Shown here piece by piece: positions 51,006 to 64,000 of a stretch of DNA of 64,000 nucleotides. The DNA is from the human T2T-CHM13v2.0 reference genome, Homo sapiens, in assembly GCF_009914755.1 (NCBI RefSeq), contig NC_060943.1, one strand, 5' to 3'. The notes below the pieces were generated by a model. It was given only the letters and a program-made list of their open reading frames with translations, had not been told where the DNA came from and did no database searches. Position 1 is the stretch's first letter; every line of letters begins with the position of its first letter. The position numbers and the translations under genes were made by a program.

Positions 51006-52204
51006 GTCTCCAGTCTTTGCTTTTCTTTTTTGACCTATACGTTTGGTGGTTGATGTCCATGTTCATGTAATTGTCTTCTCTGGCTTCTCAGGGCCACCAT
51101 GCATTCCCTTCTCCCTCTTTTCATTTATTATCTTTTCATCTAGTAAAACCCATCTTCCCCTAAAGATGTATATTTTCCTCAAAGCAAGGATTGGCGTACC
51201 TTCACAAACTGAGTCTCCAATGACAACACAAACTGAAATGCAATATAAATCATGGACAGATGTGAGCTCCTCTTCTACTTCCTGTGTCCTCTGCTGGTTC
51301 TTCTCACCAACATCACGTATTGCTAAGTAAGCCAGTGATGTCAAGTTAGAAAATGGACTGAGTCCATTAATTCATTTGGCACGCTCCAAAGTCCTCACCT
51401 GAGATCTATCTACTCTCCAAATAATTACACTTCTTAGAAATACAGGAAGATCCTTTTCACATGAGCTAATTAGGGCGAATACATGTAAGTGTTGGTAAGA
51501 AGTACTAGAAATACTGGAATTTGTGAGATTTCATTGAAGAACCAACTTCCACCCAGCCCTTCACATTGTTCTCTTTCGGTAGTTTCTTGTCATTTCCTCC
51601 TTTTACTATCAATAGGGCTGCTGTGAACATGCATGTACAAGTTTCTGGGTGGACATATGTTTTCATTTTTTGGGGGGGAGTAGATATCAAAGAGTAGAAT
51701 TGCTGGGTTGTATGATGAATGTGTGTTCTAACTTTTCAGAAACTGGGCTTCTACTGCTTCCTAATTTCACCTTCCACGCCATTTCTGTAGTGAGGCCCAC
51801 TCCTTGGCCTTACAAGACCTGAATTAAGTTAGGTGCCAGAGTCGTTCTGTCATTGACTCTGTTCTTTCCCTTGCTAGCCTGTGTAATAATTGGCAGTCAG
51901 ACCTTTACATAAGCAAGGGTTTCATATGTCTCCCCAGTTATATTACAAGTTCCACAGGGGCAGGGCTATGTCTATCTCCTTGACCTCTGAATCTGCGATG
52001 CCTGGCAGAGGGCTGTGGACACCGGTCACCCTCCATAAACACTGGGAGACAAACAAGGGAGTCAGTAGAGTTATTTTTTTGCTTTTCTACCCCCAGAACT
52101 GTTAGAATATGATTTGAGCTATTCCTTCAAGGAAGTCCTGGGGCAGGTGATCATTCATAGATGATGTGAGGGAGTGCACAGCACATGAGTTTGCAGGAAA
52201 ATGC

Positions 52205-52612
52205 AAACCCCACGTTGAAATTTGATCCCCAGTGTTGGAGATGGGGATTTACAAGGGGGTGTTTGGGTCATGGGGGTGGCTCCCTCATGAATGGCTTGGT
52301 GCTGCCCTCATGGTAATGAGTGGGTTCTCTACTCAATCCTGCAAGAGCTGATTGTTAGAAAGAGCCTGGCACCTTCCTCTCCTCTTTCTCTTTCTCCTGC
52401 TTCTTCTCTCACCATGTCATCTGTGCACACAACAGCTCCCCTTCTCATTCCACCATGAGTGCAAGCTCCCTGAGGCCTCACCAGAAGCAGATGCTGGTGC
52501 AATGCTTCTTGTACAGCCTGCAGAGCTGTGAGCCAAATAAACCTCCTTTCTTTATAAATTATCCAGCCTCACTCAGGTATTCCTTTATAGCAATGCAAAA
52601 CTGACTAAGACA
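52205..52612 (+). mobile_element. MaLR MST LTR
   Basis: GTTGAAATTTGATCCCCAGTGTTGGAG...GAGGCCTCACCAGAAGCAGATGCTGG...GACTAAGACA. Confidence 0.85.
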
Positions 52613-53929
52613 GGGTATCAGGAGACCTAGATTTGCCTGCATCTGAGAACGTCATCAGGACTCTTGGAACAATTTAGCCCACAGTTCCAAGGTTGATTTT
52701 TGTCACAGCGAAGTTCAGGTAGTAAGAATTCTCACTGGTGGCTGTTGAGGGTGGTGGTGGTGGGGATGGGTCATATGGAGAATTAGCAGTGGGAGACTAG
52801 AAATTAAAGTGGAGAAAGGGAAGAATTAAAAGTCAAAAACAGTGTGAGGGAGGAAAGCAATGGATATAACACCTCGGATCTTTATCCTTGAGAGGCCTTA
52901 AAAATCTACTTAATAATCAGATGGTATTCTATAAGAACTTTGAGACTAGACATGTGATGACTTTTAGGAAACTGCCCTGGAGCTGAAAATGCATGCAAAT
53001 CTAGCTGACTCAGCTCCAGCCTTAACTGGCTCATAACTTGTTTCATAAACATGACTGTATGTTAGCAAGGAAATGAGAGAGAATAACAGCACATCACATA
53101 GGCATGAAAAGTATTTGCAAAGCAGCAGTTCTCAAAAATGACATTTTGCAGAGTTTTCCAGAAGCAGATTCAGAAAACTGAAGACCAAAGTAATGAGGGA
53201 GCTGTCTCATGCCTAGATGAGCAGAAGCATACCAAAGGCTTAGTATTTCCCCAAGTAATAGGCACCTGAAACTTATTTAAGGAAAATACTCTTCTTGATG
53301 AAACAGGCACTGCAGTTGAAGCAGGAATGTGTTTGGTGTGCTGCCTTAAATAGCATGGGTAGATGTTCAAACATGTTAGGACTCACTGGCCCTAGGAAAG
53401 ACCCGCAAGTATCTGGTCTACACCAGGAAATTGACAATGAAACACCAAACACCTTTTCTCCTCTAATTACCAAGAAAAGTATTTCTTTCCCAATGGTGGA
53501 AGACAATAATGTTGGGAATGATGAAGTTTTCTGGAGTGTGAAGTGGATATGTCTTATAAGTTTAATCCACAGCTTCACCACTTCATAAGTGGATAATCGA
53601 ATTGTGCCTCAGTTTCCTCAGACTTGGGGATATTAAGAGTACCCTCAGTCACCACAAGGTGGGTACCAACATAAGAAAAGGGTATAGCAAAAGCCCAGGG
53701 GTGCATGTTCTTAAAGTGCCTAGTGTGGGATTAGAATGACAAGTGGTAGATGACTTACTTGTGCAGAAATTTAGAGTTATTTTGTGATTTTCAAATGATC
53801 ATGGGTGCTTTCCATATGCTGTCCAGACTGGGGGTGCTGCAGCTAGAAAGGGAAGAAGGTTTCCGTATTTCCTGAGACTGGAGTCACATCCTCTCACCAA
53901 TGCACTCACCTGCTGACTAACCAGTGTAC

Positions 53930-55365
53930 TTCTGGGAATTGCAAATGCATGAAATGGCACCCATTCTAGACTAGTCACAGCAGTGTTTTTGATGGCCACA
54001 GACCAGGAACGACCCTGATGTTTATCCGTAGGGAACTAGGTAATGAGCCATGATCCTCATCATGGATACTGTGCAGCTGTGGCAAAGAATGAGGTATCCT
54101 TCTGTCTGTGCACCGGGAAAGGTTTCCAAGATACACTGCACAGTGAGAAAAACAAGAAGCAGAACAATGCACGGTGTGCTACCTCTTGCATTACAAAGGA
54201 GGAAATGTAAAACTAATTTACAAATGGCCAATAAGCACATGAAACGATGCTCAACATCACTAATCATTAGGAAAATAAAAATCACAACTACAGTGGGATA
54301 CCACCTTACATCCATTATGATGGTTGTTCTCAAAAAAAAAAAAAAAAGAAAAACAGAAAAGAAAAATGTTGACAAGGAGGAGTTGGAACGCTTGTGTAGT
54401 GTTTGTGGGTATGTAATATGGCGCACCCACTGTCATCGTTTCTCAAAAAATTAATCATAGACTTACCACAAAATGCAGCAATTCAGCTTTTGGTGTATTC
54501 CAAAAAGAATGGAAAGCAGGGACCCCAGCAGATATTTGCCTGTGTTTGTTCATAGCAGCATTATTTATAATAGCTAAAAGTTGGAAACAAGCCCAGTGTC
54601 CATCCATCGTGAATGAATAAACAAAATGTGGTCTATACGTGCAAATGAATGGGATTCAGCTGTAACAAGAAGGGTGGTTCTGACGCGTGCTTCAACATGA
54701 TCAAGCCTTGAGTTCTTTCTGCTAAGTGAAATAATCAGACTCAGAAAGACAAATATTACATGATTCCACTTGACAGAGGTGCCTAACGTCATGAAATGCA
54801 TAGACGGAAAATGAACAGGTGGTTGTCAGTGGCTGGAGGGAGGGGGAAAGAGGAGTTGGCGTTTAATGGGTATAGAATTCCAGTTCGGGAATATGAAAAA
54901 GTTCTGGGTGGGGATGGACAGTGGTGGTGGTTGAACAACAACCTAAATGTACTTCCTGCCATTGGATGTACACTTAAAAGTGGTTAAAATGGGCCGGGCG
55001 AGGTGGCTTACATCTAATCACAGCACTTTGGGAGGTCGAGGTGGGCAGATCACAAGGTCAGGAGATCGAGACCATCCTGGATAACAAGATGAAATCCACT
55101 CTCTACTAAAAATACAAAAAATTAGCTGGGTGTGGTCGCATGCACCTGTAGTCCCAGCTACTCAGGAGGCTGAAGCAAGAGAAGCGGTTGAACCCGGGAG
55201 GTGAAGGTTGCAGTGAGCTGAGATCACGGCATTGCATTCCAGCCTGGGTGACAGAATGAGACCCCTTCTCAAAAAAAAATAATAATAAAAAAAAGAAAAA
55301 AGAAAAGAAAAATTGGTTAAAATGGTGAATTATATGTTATATATATTTTATCAGAATTTACAATA
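53930..55365 (+). mobile_element. L1M 3' fragments with AluS insert (54992-55311)
   Basis: CAAATGGCCAATAAGCACATGAAACGATGCTCAACATCACTAATCATTAGG. The Alu is flanked by TSD TGGTTAAAATG. Confidence 0.88.
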
Positions 55366-56869
55366 ATTCCTATTGTTTTGCATAAAACAGCTGTAGAAAG
55401 CTTTGCAGGTCATGAACAGCACAGCTGGCCACTGGGGCTGGTGTGGGGCTAGGACCTGGTTGCACAGGGAACAGGGATGAGACACAGGCTCTTCATGCCT
55501 GCACATATATACGGATACACACAGATGCAAATTTCTAAGCCATCTAAATACAACACCTATTCAAAAAATCAAACAGAAAAAGGAAATGTTATGGAGGTGA
55601 AGGATGAGGGTAGGTGGGGTGGCTGCTCAGGACAGTGGAGGCCACATCACGCAACCTTCGAGGCCTCTCTTAGCTGCTGGAGCACATCCCAGGGACTTGG
55701 GAGCTCTGGAAAGAGGAGCAGGAGAGGGCCATGGCCGGAGGAGGCCTGAAAAAGATCATCTCTGCCACAGAGAAGAAGCTGGCTCAGATGCTTGTGGCCA
55801 CTGTGGAGACAGGGAGACCCAGGGAGACAACAGTATTCACTCAAGGAGGAATGGGTGGTGATGCAAACTTGGGTGGAGGCCACAGGGTGCAGAAGACAGG
55901 ACACAGCAGAGAGTGATGTAGGACATGGAAGGGACAGAAAGGAGTGACCACCGGACATAAAGGGGCAAGGAAAGTGGAAGCATGAGAACATCTGCTGGGC
56001 ATCTGGTGGAGGGATCAGGTTCCCAGGGTGCCCATCCCTAAGGGAGAACCCAGGATAGGAGCAGATTCAGAGAAAACCACCCAGCTCACTCCAGCAAGAA
56101 GCAGAAAAGGGACTGGTTAAAGGACAGGGTAGGAAGGTCACCAAGCTCCAAGGGCCCTCATGAATCCAGCTTGTAGGCCACAGGGCCCAGGGCAAGGACC
56201 AAACCACAGGCACAGGACAGCTCCGGCCAAGATCTTCTGGCTACTGCAGGAGGCAGAAACCACACCCTACACCCTGCACTGCTGAGGCTAGCCCTGGAGT
56301 CCAGAAGCTTCTGCACCAGAACCTTTGGTCCCCCATCCCCCTCAAAAAATTAAAAACAAAAAGCAAATCGGTGCCATGCACACTCTGTTTCCTGGTGCTG
56401 TTCTGGATCCTGAGTCTTTCATGGGAGCACCTGATGGGGAAAGCCTGGACCTGTGTTGGTGTCCCTCCTGCAAGGAGTGCTGGGACAATGAAATTTCTGG
56501 CTTCCTCCTTGGGAAGGCAGAACATTCCCCATGTGTACTGGTGGCATTTAAAAACTGCAGGGCAGCCAGAGAACATGCACCGTGTTCCACCAGGAGAGTT
56601 TCTGGCGGGTTGTCCCGGTGCAGACACCCGTCCCAAGGTGGGTATTTGAGCTGAGGAACTGAGAAGCCGGTTTCTGCCTAGAGTTAGAGATCCGAAAGGC
56701 ATCACCACATGGAAGGGAGGAAAGCTACGATGCCTTGAGGGTGGGAGATCAGATGAACCAGGAGAGGCAGGGCCCGGGAGGAACCCCGGGGAGCAGCCGC
56801 CTTTAAAGCCTGGGGGAAGTAGCTTCAGAGAAGGTGGGGTAGGTTTGTGTGGGGGGTGCTGGAAAAATA

Positions 56870-57880
56870 TAATTAAGAAAGAAATTTCTGCTCAGTCCAG
56901 AAACCCCTGTCACATCCGTAGAAGTAAAAGAAACCTGTGTTATGATTGAGTAACCATTAAGCCAAAATGTGATGCAATCTGCTAAGAGATGACAAAGACA
57001 GAAAGAAATCCCACCTTTGTATCCAGCCAAGCAGGTGCAACCCGTTACACATATGGTCTCCAGATAGATGGTGACTAGTTCCCAGTTGAGAGGACTCAAT
57101 GGCCCCATTTGTCACACATAGTTCATCCTAAATTCACCCAGTAACTGTGTTGGTTCTCTGTGAGGTTAATTGGCTTTATCCACAGGAAAAACAAACCTCT
57201 CTTATCTATGACAGGAGGTAGTTTTGCAACTGGGAATGAGATGCCCCCAGAACTGAGGTTCCTTCCTTCTCACAGAAACTGGGAGACAGGGGCGCTTTCT
57301 GGCCAGATGCCTGCCTTTCAAAGAGATGGCTCCTATGGCCTTGAGGAGGATAGTTCTGGGTTGTGAGGCAGGCAAGATGCTTATGTATGTTTAGAAAGCT
57401 TTACATACATCTTCAAGGGACAGAGAAAGAATTTTCAATTACACCTCTTCTAAAAAAAAAAATGCTCTCAAAGTCCAGCCTAGGCAACATAGCAAGATCT
57501 TATCTCCACACACACAATAATAATAATAAATTTGCTGGGCATAGTGGGGTGTGCATGTAGTCCCAGCTACTCAGGAGGCTAAGGAGGGAGGATCACCTGA
57601 GCCCAGGAAGTTAAGGCTGCAGTAAGCTTGGATGGCACCACTGCACTCCAGCCTGGGTGACAGGGATGGCACCACTGCCCTCCAGCCTGGGTGACAGAGG
57701 GAGGCTCTGTCAATAAATGAATGAATGAATAGAAAATGCTCTGAGTGAAAAGAGGAGAGTCTCTTTATCTTTTTGCAACAGGCTAAACAAAATTTTTAGA
57801 ATGTATATTTGCCTCACAGAGATTATTCCAGGAAAAGAAGTGGCCCTCAGTGTCAAAGGATGCAAAACTAACCTGTGAGT
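56870..57880. mobile_element. Probable ERV1 LTR interrupted by a partial AluJ (57472-57730)
   Basis: LTR-like composition (GTAGTTTTGCAACTGGG, CTTTCAAAGAGATGGCTCC). Subfamily not identified; the Alu part is unambiguous. Confidence 0.5.
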
Positions 57881-58960
57881 TCCTGGCAGGTTTAGCAATA
57901 AAGCAGGATGTTTCTGATCTCAGTACAAGCAATGTTAGAGAAAGGGGAGGATGGAAGTGGACGTGGACCAGTGAGTGGAAGGTGACAAATGGAAGCAAAG
58001 GAACGTATCCAGACCATTGAAGATGCTTGACCGAGAGGAAAGGGGCGGTGGAGGGAACGGAAGCCCGAGGAAGTCATTTGTTGCAATAAGAGGCCTCAGA
58101 GCACGTGTAGGGTGCGGGGCAGAGCCCATGCAGAGGGGCTGTGGAAGGCTGGCAGGGTGCAGGTGGCCCCACTCTCTGTCACCCTGAGGAGTATGTGGTC
58201 AGAGTTAAAGCTCAGTCTGTTTCTGGGATCAGGTAAGAGGTCAGCGTCCGGAGAAGGGAGGTGGATCTTCAGATCCTGCAGACCTCCACCGCGCCCTCTG
58301 TCCCTCTTGACTGCTTTTTCTCCATCTCTATTGTCTGGCTCACATTCCTGTCACGTCTTCCTTTCTCCCTACCCCTCTTTTCTCTTTTCTCCTCTCTTTT
58401 TCTTAACCCTTGTACCTTTGGAAGTCCCACTAATAGAATTTAAACAGCTTTTCAAGTTGGTTTTTTGTTCCCAGAAATTGACATTAGACTCTCCATGAAT
58501 AATGTAGAAATCAAGAGTATAAGCTGGTTCATGTCTCTGCAAATAAACAAATAAAATCTACATTCCAATGCTTTCTTCTTCCAGAGTAGCCCACATTTGA
58601 TATTTGTTTTTAATTACTGTCACTTGCGATAGATTTTTAAATCTTGTAACCTGGTTACACAAATACCATGGGGCAAAAGCCTTACTTCCTGTGAGAGGAA
58701 ACCAGGCTTGACTAGCCTCATGCTGGCTTTGAAGAAGTAAAATCAGGGGTTGATGAATTTGCATAGGGTAAATATCAAAGGTCGAAAGTCAACAATAGGT
58801 GATAGAGGGAATACCCCAAATTACAAAAGAACAAACTGTTTAAGCCACAACAGAATTATCGTAGAAATAAACCACGGTCCTTCCTGCTAAAATATTCCAC
58901 TTAGAATTGTAAAATATTCTTCTCAATAACTCCTGGAAGAGCCTATTAAGAAATTAGTGA

Positions 58961-59409
<449 letters not shown>

Positions 59410-60128
59410 TCATTCAGGAAGCAGCTCTTGGCTTATCCCTGGGCTTAGTGGAATTCGAATACCTGACCATAGGACACCAAGGGCTTTGGGACCTGAGTGG
59501 CACATCATGTCCTGGTGACATCTGAGTTACCTGGGGCGTGCACAGCAGCCTCCAGCATCCCAGGGAGAGCTGTGTACGGGGTCAGGCTCAAGCGGGTCCC
59601 AGGGCACCAGTGACCCAATGGGTGACTCAGACTCCCATGGCACCTGCTCCTTCTGTTTCTCCCTCCGCCGTATATATGAGCTCATGGGAAGTGCTGTGAC
59701 CTCTTACAGAGGAGGAAAGTGCATGGACTTCCAGCTTCTAGAACTGGGATACAATAAACTCCTCTTGCTTGTCTATTCCTCTGCAGTATTTTGTCATGGC
59801 AGCCCTAGCAAACTACTACAGGGACTGTGGGGGTTAGGATGACACCAAGCATCAAATGCCACTCCCTGTTCCAACACTGAGACCATTCCACAGCCCCTGA
59901 ATGACAAGACAGGCCTTCAAGCTCAAGACTACTTGGCTAGGTAAGTACTTTAGTCACACCACTTCTGAACTTTCTTGCCTACCTGCAGGGCAGGAATTTT
60001 TACCATTTTCAAATGAGGACACTGAAGCTCAGAGAAGTGATGCTATTTCCTGATGGATAAGAGGTGATATATTTCAGTCCTCAGACCAACTCTGAAGTAG
60101 CAAGCTTCTAGTCTTAAGAGTCAAACTT

Positions 60129-60885
<757 letters not shown>

Positions 60886-61409
60886 TGCAGAATAAAACCA
60901 CAAAAAGATACCACTACAGAACTATTAGAATGGCTAAGATTAAAAAGAATGACCACGCCAAGTTTTGGCAAGGATGTGGAGGCACTGGAATGCTCACGCT
61001 GCTGGTGGGAATGTAAGATGGTACAATATCTATGGAAAGCAGTCTGGCAGCTTCTAAAAATTTCAGCATACACCCACCATGCCACTCGGCAATTCCATTC
61101 CATTCCCACATTATTTTTATTTAAAGGAAAATCAAGTGGAATGATCTTTAAAGCATTTTTGCCTGACAAATACATGAAATGTGGGTAGCAGCCCAACACT
61201 CCCTGGTCAGTCTTCACAGGGCATATGTGGCCTCGTGGCCCCCAGGAAATATGGCTCTTTCCACAAGTGCTAAGTCCAGTCTCTCCATCAATCCTAAGAT
61301 GTTAGTTCCACAGCACTGCCAGCATGGGGCTTTGTCTATTTCTTTCTTTCTTTGTCTTTTTTGAGAGGGGTCTTGCTCTGTCATCCAGGCTGAAGTGCAG
61401 TGATGCAAT

Positions 61410-63220
<1,811 letters not shown>

Positions 63221-63607
63221 TATGCATGCTCATTGGAGGTGAGCATTCTTCCCTTATTGAAGATTACTAAAATCACATGTATTGAAAAGCATTTGGGATT
63301 ATTTACTTAATTGATGAGTACTCATTTATTTTTACATTTATTTGATACCACGTATAAAAAAGTATGGACATATACATATGTGATATGCGATACACCATAG
63401 AACATATACATGTGCACATAAAGATAGAGGGAGACAGAAATACTTCAGATTTTTTCTTTTAAAACTTTTTGCATGAACCCATAAAACTCACTGTTAAAAA
63501 AAACAGCTGGATTTAAATTGTGCTTTTGCAAAAAGCAAAAGTTAACATTTAATTGAGGAAGCCCTTGCTGAGTTTTAGAGAAAGTAGGTAGTAAATTTAC
63601 ATCTCAA

Positions 63608-63648
<41 letters not shown>

Positions 63649-64000
63649 AGAGATAGAGAGAGAGAGAGAAGGAATTTGGGTGTGTTCAAGGAAGATTAAA
63701 AGTAGTTGCCAAGGTAACACAAAAATGATAGAAATTTATAACAGGATTTTATAAGGAGACCAATTTTATTTACATATATAGCTTTTATTTTGGTCTCTGT
63801 TTTCCAACTGTACTCCAGGAAACACACTACACAGGCTCCCTTCTTAAGTGCTGGTGGGCCACTGCACATGCAGACAGCCCACTTTAAGGGAAGAATCAGG
63901 GGAGAAGAGATGCAGACCCCAGAATTATGCCAACATACAAAAGCCTAAGTCAAAGGTCAAACCACACACTTGAAATCTCATCGCCTGTTTGGCCCTGTTT
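63221..64000. mobile_element. ERV1 MER4-group internal-like sequence with (CA)n(GA)n at 63609-63669
   Basis: Composition and motifs (TTTTATAAGGAGACCAATTTTATTT) resemble MER4-group internal sequence. The microsatellite is directly visible. Confidence 0.5.

Noticed and set aside
49032-56708. 173-aa (49032-49553) and 155-aa (56241-56708) ORFs in unique DNA
   Set aside because: Non-ATG or weak starts, no recognisable motif, and lengths expected by chance in GC-richer patches. A lncRNA exon cannot be excluded.

Overview
Primate (most likely human chr19q13) DNA from the PSG/CEACAM cluster, with no prokaryote-type features. Bases 1-45 on the minus strand are the start of a PSG leader exon (MGPLSAPPCTQHITW, best fit PSG7), followed by its promoter. 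From about 6.4 to 15.0 kb (minus) lies a headless CEACAM-family pseudogene. It has a damaged Ig A exon but an open Ig B exon, an open CEACAM8-like GPI-signal exon, and an ERV-derived PSG-type terminal exon (xWTLP*) with poly(A) signal. A second, more decayed CEACAM 3' end sits at about 18.8-21.4 kb. From about 21.4 to 61.4 kb I recognise no CEA-family sequence; this block is rich in old repeats and solo LTRs (three MER41, LTR1/27-like, MER39/MER34-like, MLT2A) and has abrupt junctions at both ends. The window ends in an L1 fragment and ERV internal sequence. Nearly all ORFs in the supplied track are spurious repeat ORFs. Repeat subfamily and gene names come from recalled sequences, not a database search.
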